This document shows, one piece after another, positions 39,153-49,750 of a stretch of DNA of 64,000 bases; within the stretch, counting starts at the first letter, position 1, and every line of letters begins with the position of its first letter. The notes under the pieces were generated by a model. That model was not told where the DNA came from. It was given only the letters and a program-made list of their open reading frames with translations, and did not search any database. The translations under genes and the position numbers were made by a program. This DNA comes from a bacterium (GTDB taxonomy: Bacteria; Vulcanimicrobiota; Vulcanimicrobiia; Vulcanimicrobiales; SCRA01). The stretch is taken from NCBI GenBank assembly GCA_004297985.1, contig SCRA01000027.1, positions 360 to 64,359 of the forward strand. The letters are read 5' to 3'.

Positions 39153-39194
39153 TGATGTAAGCACATACTTACATCACCGCGCGATTTTTGTCAA
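39153..39194 (-). promoter_or_regulatory. TetR operator palindrome and -35 element
   Basis: TGATGTAAG-N6-CTTACATCA (39153-39176) just upstream of the tetR start; TTGACA on minus strand at 39194-39189. Confidence 0.75.
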
Positions 39195-39217
39195 GTCCTA
39201 AATAGATTGGCTCTTAA

Positions 39218-40003
39218 CTATTTCTCATGATCGAGGGCGGCGCGGACCCGCGCCATCCACGTACCGAAGCGCGGGTCCTCGTCGGGGCTGGCCACGCCCG
39301 TATAGAGCACGATCACGTAGCGCCGCCCGCCGGGCAGTATCAGGATCCCCCCGTCGTGGCTGACTTCGTCCGTGTCGCCCGTCTTGTGGGCGAAGTGGTC
39401 CCCCGATCGTAGACCCAAGGGGAGCTTTCCCCGCCAATACTGCCGTCCGAGGGAGGCCAGCACCCGCTCGGACCCCGGCAGCCGCCGCGCATCGAGGGCG
39501 GTCAGCAGCGCCGCGGCGTCTGAAGCCGGGTGGGCGTTGCGCCCCGTGGCCTGGGGATCCTCGATCAGCGGGAGGCTCCCCGAGAGCTTGCGGCGCACCG
39601 CCGTTCGCGTCAGGCCGATGGCTTGGCAATAGGCGGTGATCGACTCCCGCCCCAAGAGGTCGATCAGCTGGTTGGTGGCCACGTTGTCGGACCGCGAGAG
39701 CATCAGGTCGATCAGCTCGTCCAGCGTAGCACGGTAGTTGACGTGCATCGGGCTGGGTGCGTCGTTGGCGGTCATGTTGCGCTCCGCCACCGTGACGGAA
39801 GACGCCAGCGCCAACTCGCCGGCGGCGACCCGCGCATGAGCCGCGACGGCGATCGGCACCTTGATCATGCTCGCCGGATAGAGCGGGAGATCGGGGTCGA
39901 GCACGGCCCGTTCCCCAGGACGGTCGAGCCGCTCCACCACGGCGCTGGCGGGAGCGAGATGGGCCTCGCGCGCCGCGGCCGCCAGGCACTCTCCGTCGAT
40001 CAC
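39218..40003 (-). CDS. Class A beta-lactamase-fold serine hydrolase, no signal peptide
   Basis: SMIK (SxxK), SDN, HKTG; GTG start overlaps the upstream stop (GTGA). Confidence 0.85.
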   Translation of the reverse strand: MIDGECLAAAAREAHLAPASAVVERLDRPGERAVLDPDLPLYPASMIKVPIAVAAHARVAAGELALASSVTVAERNMTANDAPSPMHVNYRATLDELIDLMLSRSDNVATNQLIDLLGRESITAYCQAIGLTRTAVRRKLSGSLPLIEDPQATGRNAHPASDAAALLTALDARRLPGSERVLASLGRQYWRGKLPLGLRSGDHFAHKTGDTDEVSHDGGILILPGGRRYVIVLYTGVASPDEDPRFGTWMARVRAALDHEK

Positions 40004-41334
40004 GCGGGGGCGTTCGCGTGATCGAGCGGGAGCCGCAAGCGCTCTGCGACCTTGCGCAACTCCTTGCCGATTCTCTCGTTGCCGTAACGCTGGGCGCGAC
40101 GGCGGTCGCTGACTTTGCGCGCACCGACGAAGGTCTCCACCACGATTCCCGGATCCGAGACGTAGACCAACTGGTTGACGGGATGCGACCAAGGATGGAA
40201 CGACGGATGCGTACGGTCGATGACGCACCAATCGGCGTAGCAGCCCGCCGCGAAGTCTCCGGCTTCGACGCCCACGGCGCGCGCGCAATCGCGCGTGCCC
40301 ATGAGCCATGCGTCCCGAGCGCTGAGCGTAGCCCCGTCGAGCGTAGCCGTCTTCTGCAGGAACGTGGCGGCGCGCATTTCGTCGTAGATGCATGGGCGCA
40401 GATCGCAGTCGGTCCCCAGACCGATGCGGACGCCACGGCGGCGCAGGCCGACAAGGTCCGCGATCCCGTCGCCGAGGTACTGATTGGTGACGGGGTTGTG
40501 GATCAGCGCCGCACCGCGCTCCCCCATCAGATCCTTCTCCTCCTCCGTCTGCCAGATGGCGTGCACGGCGACGAAGTGGGGCCCCAGCACCCCCAGCGAA
40601 TCGAGATAGGCGATCGGCGTCAGCCCTGTGCGCGCCTTCACCTGCTCCACTTCATAGCGCGCCTCGGCCACGTGCATGTGCACGGGAACGCCCAACTCGC
40701 GCGCCAGGTCCACGGCGGCACGCGTCATCTCCGGTGAGGCGGCATGCAGAGAGTGCGGGGCGGGGCACACGAGAATTCCCGCGGAGCGCAGCTCCTCGGC
40801 CAGAGCGATCGTGTCGCGCCGTGCCGAGGCGATATCCTCGCGGAAGATCGGCGGTGCGTAGGAGGCATCCATCCATGCGCGCGCTACCACCAAACGGATA
40901 CCGCAGTCGATGGCCGCCTCGACCAGCTTCTCCAGCCGCGCCGTACCCGCGCCGTTCACGTAGAAAAATTCGACGACGGTCGTGATGCCGTTGCCGAGCA
41001 TCTCGACGAAGGCCGCGAGCGCCACCCAATAGAGCTCCTCCGGCTCGAGCTGGGGAATGATGCGGTAGAGCGCATCGTCTCGCCACTTGTCGAAGCCCCA
41101 GTCGTCCGCCCAGCCGCGCAGTAAGATCTGGTAGCAGTGGCTGTGGCCGTTGACGGCTCCCGGGGCGAGCAGACGGTCCTCCCCGTAGTCCATGCACGGG
41201 AGGTCGGGATTGGCGGCCACAATCGCCGCACCCTCGCCGGCGCGCGCGATGCGATCCTCTTCCACCACGAAGGCGAAGTCGTGCACCGCCTCGCCGCCGA
41301 CGATCGCATGGCGCGCGCGAACCACCTGCTTCAC
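40000..41334 (-). CDS. Metal-dependent amidohydrolase (HutF/SsnA-like deiminase or deaminase)
   Basis: NGHSHCYQ, VVEFFY, PHSLHA, HVAE, VHA, GTD; GTGA overlap with hutI. Confidence 0.8.
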   Translation of the reverse strand: MKQVVRARHAIVGGEAVHDFAFVVEEDRIARAGEGAAIVAANPDLPCMDYGEDRLLAPGAVNGHSHCYQILLRGWADDWGFDKWRDDALYRIIPQLEPEELYWVALAAFVEMLGNGITTVVEFFYVNGAGTARLEKLVEAAIDCGIRLVVARAWMDASYAPPIFREDIASARRDTIALAEELRSAGILVCPAPHSLHAASPEMTRAAVDLARELGVPVHMHVAEARYEVEQVKARTGLTPIAYLDSLGVLGPHFVAVHAIWQTEEEKDLMGERGAALIHNPVTNQYLGDGIADLVGLRRRGVRIGLGTDCDLRPCIYDEMRAATFLQKTATLDGATLSARDAWLMGTRDCARAVGVEAGDFAAGCYADWCVIDRTHPSFHPWSHPVNQLVYVSDPGIVVETFVGARKVSDRRRAQRYGNERIGKELRKVAERLRLPLDHANAPA

Positions 41335-42599
41335 GTGTAGACCTCCCCTGCGGCCACCACCGCCGTTGCGAGATTTCCGCCGAAGCTCCACCCCAGCTCG
41401 CGCGGGTGCGCCATCTCCATGATCACTGCGTCGGCTCGCGCGCCAGCCTCCAGCGTTCCGGCCGTCAGGCGCAGCGAGCGCGCCGCCGCAGAGGTCACGG
41501 CCACCAGCGCCTCCGCCGCGCTCATCCCCAGCAGGCGCCGCCCTAAATGCGCGGCCATCTGCAGGCTGGGGCATGGCGCCGTACCGGGATTGAAGTCCGT
41601 CGCCAGAGCCACCCGTACACCCGCATCGAGCAGCGCACGGGCCGGCGCCGCCCTGGGCACGTCCATGTACCACAGCGTCGCCGGGCAGAGTACCGCCACC
41701 GTGCCCGCGCGTGCCAATCCGGGGATGAAACGCGGATCCATGCAATTGAGGTGGTCGGCGGCATCGAGGCCCAACTCCTCGGCAAGCGCCGCCGCGCCGC
41801 CATCGGCGAACTCGTCGCAATGCAGGCGCAGACGCAGGCCGTGACCGCGTGCCGCAACGAGATAGCGCCGCGTCTGCTCCACCGTGAAGTAGCCCGGCTC
41901 GCAGAAGGCGTCGGCGTAGACCGCCCCCGCGGCCCGCGCGTAGGGCAGCGTCTGCTCGATCAGCGCATCGACGAAGGCGTCGTCGTCGCCGGGATATTCC
42001 GGTGAGTGCGTGTGCGGACCCGTGAGCGTGGGGACGACGCGCGGCATCGCCTTACGCTTGGCGACATCGGCGATCGTGCGCAGTAACGCGAGCTCGCCGT
42101 CGGTGCGCAGGTCGTAGCCGGTCTTCACTTCGGCAGTCGTCGTTCCATGACGGAACATCGTGCGCAAATGTGCCGCGAGCGCTCGCTCGCGCACGTCATC
42201 GGTGGCCGCGCGCGTCTGTTCCACGGTATACGCCATACCGAGCACGGGGCTCTCGCCGTCGAGCCGCGCGGCGAAATCCGGCTCACGATCGCCGACGTAG
42301 AGCGGATGCGTGTGGGCATCGACGAACCCGGGAAAGACCACCCGCCCCTCGAGGCTCAGCTCCACGACGCTGCGACGCTTTCCCGAGGGAAGCGCGTGGT
42401 AGGCCTCGCGAACGTCGCGCTCCTGGCCAACCGCCATGACTACGCCGTCGACGGCCAGCAGCGCGCCTTCGCGATAGAGGCCGAGACGCTCGAATGAGAC
42501 GCCGGACTGGCTCGCGTCGTGCGCGCCCTCGTTGCTCACGAGCGTGCCGCCGTAGAGCAGGAGCGAGCCTCCACGCACCTTCGGCCCACCCGAGCCCAC
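41331..42599 (-). CDS. hutI: Imidazolonepropionase
   Basis: PGFVDAHTH, GTTTAEVKTGY, DAFCE.GYF, HCDE, ALATDFNPG; start approximate. Confidence 0.9.
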   Translation of the reverse strand: MGSGGPKVRGGSLLLYGGTLVSNEGAHDASQSGVSFERLGLYREGALLAVDGVVMAVGQERDVREAYHALPSGKRRSVVELSLEGRVVFPGFVDAHTHPLYVGDREPDFAARLDGESPVLGMAYTVEQTRAATDDVRERALAAHLRTMFRHGTTTAEVKTGYDLRTDGELALLRTIADVAKRKAMPRVVPTLTGPHTHSPEYPGDDDAFVDALIEQTLPYARAAGAVYADAFCEPGYFTVEQTRRYLVAARGHGLRLRLHCDEFADGGAAALAEELGLDAADHLNCMDPRFIPGLARAGTVAVLCPATLWYMDVPRAAPARALLDAGVRVALATDFNPGTAPCPSLQMAAHLGRRLLGMSAAEALVAVTSAAARSLRLTAGTLEAGARADAVIMEMAHPRELGWSFGGNLATAVVAAGEVYT

Positions 42600-42601
42600 G
42601 T

Positions 42602-44251
42602 TTACAACCGCCAATCGATGCCTCGTTCGTCGGCCGTGGCGATGGCTTCGTCGTACCCGGCGTCGGCGTGGCGCACCACCCCGATGCCAGGATCGGTGGT
42701 CAGCACCGCCTCCAGCTTCTGGCGCGCCAACGCCGAGCCGTCGGCAACGACGACCATACCGGCGTGTTGGGAGTAGCCGATGCCGACGCCGCCACCGTGA
42801 TGGATGGAGACCCACGATGCGCCGGCGGCGGTATTGAGCAGCGCGTTGAGCAATGGCCAGTCGGCGACGGCATCGCTGCCGTCCTTCATGGCCTCGGTCT
42901 CGCGATACGGCGAGGCCACGCTTCCCGTGTCGAGGTGATCACGCCCGATCACGATCGGTGCGCTCACCTCGCCCGACGCTACCAGCTCGTTGATGCGCAG
43001 GCCGAAGCGCGCGCGCTCCCCGTAGCCCAGCCAGCAGACACGCGCCGGCAGACCCTGGAAGGCGATGCGTGCGCGCGCCATCTCGATCCAGCGCCGCAGA
43101 TGAGCATCGTCCGGGAAGAGCGCCACCAACTCGTCGTCGATGCGCGCGATGTCCTGGGGATCGCCGGAGAGTGCCGCCCAGCGGAAGGGGCCCTTGCCGC
43201 GGCAGAAGAGCGGGCGCACGAATGCCGGCACGAACCCGGGGAAGTCGAATGCGTTGCTCACGCCGCCGCGGCGCGCCTGTTCGCGGATATTGTTGCCGTA
43301 GTCGAAGACCACGGCGCCGCGCTCTTGGAAGGCAAGCATCGCCTGTACGTGCTGCGCCATCGAGGCGACGGCGCGGCGCTCGTACTCTGCGGGGTCTGCA
43401 CCGCGCAGCTCGGCTGCCTGCGCCAGGCTCAGACCGGCGGGGACGTATCCGTTCAAGGGATCGTGGGCGCTGGTTTGATCGGTCACCACGTCCGCCTTCA
43501 GCCCACGTGCCAGCAGCGCCGGCAGCTCCTCGGCGGCGTTCCCCACGTAGCCGATCGAAACCGGCTCTTTGCGGGCGCGCACCGACTCGATCATCGTCAG
43601 CGCATCCAAGCGCGAAGAGGCGATCATGTCGAGATAGCGCGTCTGCAGCCGCCGCTCGAGGCGTGAGGGATCGACGTCGATGCACAGAGCGATACCGTCG
43701 TTCATCGTAACGGCCAGCGGCTGGGCGCCGCCCATACCGCCCAGGCCGGCGGTCAGCACCACGCGCCCCAGGAGACTTCCGCCGAAATGCTGATTGGCAA
43801 GCTCCGCGAACGTCTCGAACGTGCCTTGGACGATGCCCTGCGAACCGATGTAGATCCACGAACCCGCCGTCATCTGCCCGTACATCATCAGGCCGCGGCG
43901 CTCGAGCTCGCGAAAGTGGTCCCAATTCGCCCACTTTCCTACGAGATTCGAGTTGGCGATCAGCACGCGTGGAGCGCGCGGATGGGTCTTGAAGACGGCC
44001 ACCGGCTTGCCGGACTGGACGATCAGCGTCTCGTCGTTCTCGAGGCGGCGCAGCGAGCGAACGATCTTGTCGAACGAATCCCAGTCGCGTGCGGCCTTCC
44101 CGCTCCCGCCGTAGACGATGAGATCTGCCGGACGCTCCGCCACCTCGGGGTCGAGATTGTTCATCAGCATGCGTAGTGCCGCTTCCTGCTCCCACCCCTT
44201 GCACGAGCGCTCGCGGCCGCGCGGTGCGTGGATCGGTGTCTCTACGTTCAC
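42602..44251 (-). CDS. hutU: Urocanate hydratase
   Basis: [55 protein letters not shown]. Confidence 0.97.
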   Translation of the reverse strand: MNVETPIHAPRGRERSCKGWEQEAALRMLMNNLDPEVAERPADLIVYGGSGKAARDWDSFDKIVRSLRRLENDETLIVQSGKPVAVFKTHPRAPRVLIANSNLVGKWANWDHFRELERRGLMMYGQMTAGSWIYIGSQGIVQGTFETFAELANQHFGGSLLGRVVLTAGLGGMGGAQPLAVTMNDGIALCIDVDPSRLERRLQTRYLDMIASSRLDALTMIESVRARKEPVSIGYVGNAAEELPALLARGLKADVVTDQTSAHDPLNGYVPAGLSLAQAAELRGADPAEYERRAVASMAQHVQAMLAFQERGAVVFDYGNNIREQARRGGVSNAFDFPGFVPAFVRPLFCRGKGPFRWAALSGDPQDIARIDDELVALFPDDAHLRRWIEMARARIAFQGLPARVCWLGYGERARFGLRINELVASGEVSAPIVIGRDHLDTGSVASPYRETEAMKDGSDAVADWPLLNALLNTAAGASWVSIHHGGGVGIGYSQHAGMVVVADGSALARQKLEAVLTTDPGIGVVRHADAGYDEAIATADERGIDWRL

Positions 44252-44304
44252 GGCGTCATCTCCGGGTGGTAAAAGAGAAAGGTGAGCTCGAGGCTCCGAT
44301 GCGA

Positions 44305-45846
44305 TCACAGCGCGCCGACCGTCGCCTCGACGGCGCGCACCATCTCTCCCGAACGCAGCAGAGCACGCAGCGCCTCGATGTCCGGCGAGGGCGGGCGATC
44401 CTCGACTAGCGGGGGAACCACCGCGCGCCCCGCCTCGTAGGCGGCTCGAGTTCCCGCAGCGCAGTGCAAGGGGCGCCGGCAATCGACGGCGGCCAGCGCC
44501 CCCAGCAGCTCGCAGCAGAGCGCGCCTTCGACGTTGTCGAGCACGCGATCGAGGTTTCGCGCCGCCGTCATTCCCATCGAGACGTGATCTTCCTGGCCCG
44601 CACTGGTCGGAATGGAGTCGACGCTGTTCGGCCACGCCAGGCCCTTGTTCTCACTCACCAGCGCCGCAGCCGTGTACTGCGCAAGCATGAGTCCGCTCTG
44701 CACGCCGCTCTGCGGCGCGAGGAAGAGCGGCAGGCCGCGTTCCTGCGCATTGAGCAGCAGATAGAGGCGGCGCTCGCTGATCGATGCCAGCTCCGCCATC
44801 GCCATCTTGAGCACGTCGCACGCCAGCGCCACGGGCTGGCCGTGAAAATTGCCTCCGGTGAGGAAGGCGTCGTCTTCCGGGAAGACCAGCGGATTGTCCG
44901 TCACCGAGATCGCCTCGATCTCGAAGACGCGCCGCGCGTAAGCGGCGGCGTCGCGCACTGCGCCGTGCACCACAGGGATGCAGCGGAACGAGTACGGGTC
45001 CTGAACGCGTCCGCAATCGCGGTGCGATTGCATGATCTCGCTCTGCGCCAGCATCTTGCGCAGGTTCTCCGCCACGTGCGCCTGGCCCGGGTGGGGACGC
45101 AAGCGGTTGATGCGATCGTCGAAGACCGCGTCGGTGCCGAGGAAGCTCTCGAGGCTCATCGCGCCGACCACGTCGGCGGCGGCGATCAGACGCTCGGCAC
45201 GCAGCAGCGCGAGCACGGCGACGCCCGTCATCACCTCGGTCCCGTTCACCAGCGAGAGGCCCTCCTTGGGATGGAGGACGATCGGCTCCAGGCCCGCCCG
45301 CGAGAGCGCTTCACGTGCCGGCATACGCTCCTCTCCAAAATAGGCATCGCCCTCGCCCAGGAGGGTGAGCGTCATATGGGCCAGCGGGGCCAAGTCGCCG
45401 CTGGCGCCGACCGATCCCTGCGAGGGGACGTACGGCGTGACGCCGCGATTGAGCAGCGCAAGGGCCAGCTCGACGACGACGCGCCGAACCCCGGAATGGC
45501 CGGCGGCAAGCGTCGATACGCGGAGCACTTGAGCGGCACGCACCTGCGGGATCGCGAGGGGTGCCCCCGTGCCGGCGGCATGGGAGCGCACGAGATTGAG
45601 CTGCAGCGCGCGGGCCTGCGAGGGAGGGACCGCGACGTTGGCCAGGCGGCCGAACCCGGTCGTCACCCCGTAGATCACGGCGCCGCGCTCGAACTGACGT
45701 TCCACTGTCCGCCGCGCCGCCTCGACGGCGCTCCACGCCTCGTCGACGACTCGGGCAGGATGGTTGAAGACGGCGACGGCCTCGACGTCCTCGAGATGCA
45801 GATGCCTCCCGTCGATTGTGATTTCAGATTTCAACGAGGTGGTCAC
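44305..45846 (-). CDS. hutH: Histidine ammonia-lyase
   Basis: [22 protein letters not shown] (MIO ASG), [22 protein letters not shown]. Confidence 0.96.
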   Translation of the reverse strand: MTTSLKSEITIDGRHLHLEDVEAVAVFNHPARVVDEAWSAVEAARRTVERQFERGAVIYGVTTGFGRLANVAVPPSQARALQLNLVRSHAAGTGAPLAIPQVRAAQVLRVSTLAAGHSGVRRVVVELALALLNRGVTPYVPSQGSVGASGDLAPLAHMTLTLLGEGDAYFGEERMPAREALSRAGLEPIVLHPKEGLSLVNGTEVMTGVAVLALLRAERLIAAADVVGAMSLESFLGTDAVFDDRINRLRPHPGQAHVAENLRKMLAQSEIMQSHRDCGRVQDPYSFRCIPVVHGAVRDAAAYARRVFEIEAISVTDNPLVFPEDDAFLTGGNFHGQPVALACDVLKMAMAELASISERRLYLLLNAQERGLPLFLAPQSGVQSGLMLAQYTAAALVSENKGLAWPNSVDSIPTSAGQEDHVSMGMTAARNLDRVLDNVEGALCCELLGALAAVDCRRPLHCAAGTRAAYEAGRAVVPPLVEDRPPSPDIEALRALLRSGEMVRAVEATVGAL

Positions 45847-45997
45847 GGCCAAGCCCTTCGCGCCGCTCCAAAGCGCCCCCTTGGCCGTGCTTGGGCAGCC
45901 ACCAGGCACGCGCGCGGGGACGCGCGAATGATCGACCACCGCCTCATCGCTCGCCGGCGTCTGTCGGCAGAGGCCCTTACTCTCTTGGGAGGATTTC

Positions 45998-47134
45998 GTG
46001 CGTAACATGACTCGCGTACTCATCGCGGCCGCTGCCCTTGGCGGCACGCTGGCCGCGGCGACCGGCGCCGGCCTCGCCGCCTCGCATCCCGACCTCAAAT
46101 GGACGGCGATCTTCGATGCGACAGGCCCCGCCGGCGCCTATGGCACCTCGCAGAAGAATGCGACGGAGCTGGCTCAGGCCGACATCGATGCCGGCAAGAT
46201 CGACGCCGGCGGACAGAAGATCTCGATCGACGTTCAAGACTCCGCGACCTCGCCGGCGCAGGTCATCAACATCATGCAGTCGGCGTTCGGCAGCGGCACG
46301 TCGCTCATCATCGGCCCGACGCTCTCGAGCGAGGCCTTCAAGTCCGATCCGCTCGCCGTAAAGGCGAACATCTCCGTACTCGGCGTCTCCAACACCGCCA
46401 GCGGCATTCCCGCGATGGGCCCTTGCGTCTTCCGTAACTCGCTCTCCGAGGCGCAGATCGTCCCGGACGTGATCGAGGCCGCGAAGAAAGCCTGGCATGT
46501 GAAGACCGCCGCCATCATCTACGGTGATGACGATCAGTTCACCAAGGCCGACTACACGATCTTCAACGCCGAGCTGCCCAAGGCAGGCGTGAAGGTCGTC
46601 GACGTCGAGACGTTCCACAAGGGCGATGTCGACTTCAAGGCTCAGCTCACCAAGATCAAGGAGGCCAAGCCGGACGTCGTGGTCTACGGCGCGCTCTACG
46701 CCGAGGGCGCCAAGCTTCTCGCTCAGGCACGTCAGGTGGGCCTGAACGCGCACGAGATCGGCGGCAATGGCTTCAACTCCCCGCAGATCATCGCGCTGGC
46801 CGGCAAGGCAGCCCAGGGCGTGATCGTCGGCGCGGCCTGGTACTCCGGCGCAGAGACCAACGGCAATGCCGCCTTCGTCAAGAACTACACGGCGAAGTAC
46901 GCGAAGTCACCAGACCAGTTCGCGGCACAGGCCTATGCGGGTGCGCAGATCGCGGCCGCGGCGGTCAAGAAGTCGCACCCCAGCGATGCCGCCGGCATGT
47001 GCTCGGCGCTCAAGGAGCTGGGCAGCGTTCAGACCGTCATCGGCCCCTTCAAGTTCGCCTCGACGCGTGATGCCGACGCCCACGGCTTCATCGTTCAGAT
47101 CAAGAACGGCACGTTCGCCAAGTTCGGGGATTAG
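45998..47134 (+). CDS. Liv-type (HAAT) ABC transporter substrate-binding protein
   Basis: Signal peptide, TGPAGAYG, DFKAQLTKIK, PDQFAAQAY. Confidence 0.9.
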   Translation: MRNMTRVLIAAAALGGTLAAATGAGLAASHPDLKWTAIFDATGPAGAYGTSQKNATELAQADIDAGKIDAGGQKISIDVQDSATSPAQVINIMQSAFGSGTSLIIGPTLSSEAFKSDPLAVKANISVLGVSNTASGIPAMGPCVFRNSLSEAQIVPDVIEAAKKAWHVKTAAIIYGDDDQFTKADYTIFNAELPKAGVKVVDVETFHKGDVDFKAQLTKIKEAKPDVVVYGALYAEGAKLLAQARQVGLNAHEIGGNGFNSPQIIALAGKAAQGVIVGAAWYSGAETNGNAAFVKNYTAKYAKSPDQFAAQAYAGAQIAAAAVKKSHPSDAAGMCSALKELGSVQTVIGPFKFASTRDADAHGFIVQIKNGTFAKFGD

Positions 47135-47164
47135 CACTCGGGAGAGAGCCATTCACCGCCAAAC

Positions 47165-47201
47165 AAGGGGGGACGGGAGCAAAAGGCTCCCGCCCTCCCT
47201 T
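47165..47201 (+). other. Intercistronic stem-loop after the SBP gene (likely mRNA-stabilising)
   Basis: AAGGGGGGACGGGAGC-AAAAG-GCTCCCGCCCTCCCTT, no U-tract. Confidence 0.65.
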
Positions 47202-47218
47202 CGCGAAATGGGGGGACC

Positions 47219-48103
47219 GTGTTCGACCAGCAGCTCGCCAACGGCATCTTTCTCGGTGCGGTGTATGCGCTATTCGCCGTCGGTTACACGCTGATCTTCG
47301 GCGTGCTCGACATCTTGAATCTGGCGCACTCGGCCATCTTCATGGCCTCGTCATTCGTGGCGCTCGCGCTCGTCCGTCACGGCATGCCGTTCTGGGCGGC
47401 CTTCCTGGTGGCGACCGCCTTCGGCGGCGCGTTGAGCGTGGTGCTCGACCGCGTCGCCTTCGCGCCGCTGCGCGCGCGCGGCGTCGGCGGCGGAGCGCTG
47501 GGCCCTCTGATCTCCTCGATCGCCTTCGGCATCATCGTGGTCTCCGTGGTGCGCGGAATCTTCGGCCCCGACGAAGTGGGCTACCCCACCGGCGCCGTCC
47601 TCAGCGCCAACCTCCATCTCGGCCACGCGACCTTCACGGCGATCGACCTCTCCGTGCTCGTGATTTCGCTCGTGATGATGATCCTGCTCAGCATGCTGTT
47701 GAAGGTCACGCCGCTCGGGCGCGCCATCCGCGCCGTCGCCGAGAATACCAAGGCTGCCTCGCTGCTGGGCATCGACGTCGAGCGGACCATCGGGCTGACC
47801 TTCCTCATCGCGGGGGCACTGGGGGCGGCCGCCGGCATTCTGATCGGCGCGCAGTTCAACGCGGTCGGCATCCTCATGGGTCAGCGCATCGAGCTCAAGG
47901 GATTGGCCGTCATCATCCTCGGCGGCATGGGCTCGATTCCCGGCGCCGTCCTCGGCGGCTTCCTGTTAGGATTGCTCGAGGTCTTCAGCGTCGCGTACCT
48001 CTCCTCAAGCTACCGCGACGCCATAGCATTCGCCGTCATGTTCCTTATCTTGATCGTGCGGCCAGCCGGCCTGCTCGGCAAGCGCGCCGCACGGACGGCG
48101 TAG
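47219..48103 (+). CDS. HAAT ABC transporter permease (LivH-like)
   Basis: QQLANG..GAVYAL.AVGYTLIFGVL.ILNLAH, GRAIRAVAEN, GGMGSIPGA. Confidence 0.92.
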   Translation: MFDQQLANGIFLGAVYALFAVGYTLIFGVLDILNLAHSAIFMASSFVALALVRHGMPFWAAFLVATAFGGALSVVLDRVAFAPLRARGVGGGALGPLISSIAFGIIVVSVVRGIFGPDEVGYPTGAVLSANLHLGHATFTAIDLSVLVISLVMMILLSMLLKVTPLGRAIRAVAENTKAASLLGIDVERTIGLTFLIAGALGAAAGILIGAQFNAVGILMGQRIELKGLAVIILGGMGSIPGAVLGGFLLGLLEVFSVAYLSSSYRDAIAFAVMFLILIVRPAGLLGKRAARTA

Positions 48104-48107
48104 ATCG

Positions 48108-48983
48108 ATGGAATGGTTGGTGCATTTCTACGCGTTGCACTCGAAGCTGATCGATCAGATCGGCATCAACGCGATCTTCGCGCTCTCCCTCTCGCTTACG
48201 CTCCAAGCGGGGCATCTTGCGCTGGCCAACGCCGCCTTCGGCGGGATCGCCGCCTACGTTGCCTCGCTGCTCTCGCTCTCGCGCGGCTGGCCGCTGAGCG
48301 TCACGACGCTGATCGGCGCCGCGGCGGCCGCCGCCGTCGGGGCGGTGATCGGCCTGCCGGTAACGCGCCTGCGCGGCGTCTTCCTGGCCATCGCCACCAT
48401 CGGCTTCGGCGAGATCGCGCTGATCGTGGAGAATAACCTCTCGATAACCGGCGGCGCCGAGGGACTCTCGCAGATTCCCAACGAGACGACGACCTGGAAG
48501 ATCTATCTCGTGCTGGCGATCCTGGCCTTCTTCTTCTGGCGGCTGCGCCGAACGCGCGCCGGCTGGGCGATCGCCGCCGTGCGCGAAGACGAGTACGCTG
48601 CCGCTTCGTTCGGTATCGATCCCGCCCGCGTGAAGTTCTGGACCTTCGTGGGCAGCGCCGCCATCGCGGGCATCGCGGGATCCCTCTACGCCCACGAGAA
48701 CTTCTTCATCTCGCCGGGTGACTGGGGCTTCTCGCGTATGATCGACATCCTCGTCTACTGCGTGATCGGAGGTGCGGCCAGCCCGTGGGGTGCGATGCTC
48801 GGCGCCGCGATCATCTCGCTCCTTCCGGAGGTCTTCCGCTTCTTGCACGACTACCGCGACATCGTCAACGGCATCGTGCTGCTGGCCGTCGTCATCTTCG
48901 CCCCACAAGGAATCGCCGGCCTCTGGTCCCGCGATCAGCGGGGGCGCAAGGCCGCGGCTGCCGCGGAGGGCCAAAGCCGATGA
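48108..48983 (+). CDS. HAAT ABC transporter permease (LivM-like)
   Basis: RLRGVFLAIATIGFGE, TGG.EG, AVREDE. Confidence 0.92.
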   Translation: MEWLVHFYALHSKLIDQIGINAIFALSLSLTLQAGHLALANAAFGGIAAYVASLLSLSRGWPLSVTTLIGAAAAAAVGAVIGLPVTRLRGVFLAIATIGFGEIALIVENNLSITGGAEGLSQIPNETTTWKIYLVLAILAFFFWRLRRTRAGWAIAAVREDEYAAASFGIDPARVKFWTFVGSAAIAGIAGSLYAHENFFISPGDWGFSRMIDILVYCVIGGAASPWGAMLGAAIISLLPEVFRFLHDYRDIVNGIVLLAVVIFAPQGIAGLWSRDQRGRKAAAAAEGQSR

Positions 48984-49750
48984 GCTCCCTCCACTACCAT
49001 GACGTCGGCATCAACTTCGGCGGTGTGCATGCGCTGAGCGGCGTCTCGTTCGACGTGCGGAGCGGCCACGTCGTGGGCCTCATCGGGCCCAACGGCGCCG
49101 GCAAGACCACGCTCATCAACGTGACCACCGGTGTCGTCGCGCCGACCGCCGGCAGCGTTACGCTCGACGACGCACCGCTCTCCGGGCGGCGCCAACATCA
49201 GATCGCGCGCCTGGGCGTCGCACGGACCTATCAGAACATCCGCCTCTTCCCGCGCATGACGGCGATCGAGAACGTGGTCGTCGGGGCGACACGCATTCGC
49301 CGTGACCCGGACCTCGGGGCGTTCGTCTTCCTCCCCGCGGTGCGCCGAGCGCGCATCGAACTCGAGGAGCATGCGCGCTATCTGCTCCATCGCGTGGGCG
49401 TCCCGCGCGACGAGTGGGAGACGGCGGCCAGCGTGATGCCCTACGGCTCGCAGCGGCGGCTGGAGGTCGCGCGCGCGCTGGCGATGCGTCCGCGCGTGCT
49501 GCTCCTGGACGAGCCGGCCGCGGGGATGAATCCCGCTGAGACGGCGGGCCTCCAGGCGCTGATTCGCTCGATCGCCGAAGAAGACGTCGCCGTCATGCTC
49601 GTGGAGCACGACATGCCGCTGGTGATGGGAACATGCGATCGAGTGGCCGTGCTGAACTTCGGGGAGCTGATCGCCCAGGGCACGCCGGCCGAAGTCTCGC
49701 GCGACCCTGCCGTCGTCGAGGCGTACCTCGGATCGGAGGCCGCGCAGTGA
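48980..49750 (+). CDS. HAAT ABC transporter ATPase (LivG-like)
   Basis: GPNGAGKTT, RTYQNIRLF, LLDEPAAG, EHDM. Confidence 0.93.
   Translation: MSSLHYHDVGINFGGVHALSGVSFDVRSGHVVGLIGPNGAGKTTLINVTTGVVAPTAGSVTLDDAPLSGRRQHQIARLGVARTYQNIRLFPRMTAIENVVVGATRIRRDPDLGAFVFLPAVRRARIELEEHARYLLHRVGVPRDEWETAASVMPYGSQRRLEVARALAMRPRVLLLDEPAAGMNPAETAGLQALIRSIAEEDVAVMLVEHDMPLVMGTCDRVAVLNFGELIAQGTPAEVSRDPAVVEAYLGSEAAQ

Noticed and set aside
39218..40003. Antibiotic-resistance beta-lactamase next to an efflux pump
   Set aside because: No signal peptide and translationally coupled to the hut operon; the efflux operon has its own promoter and operator
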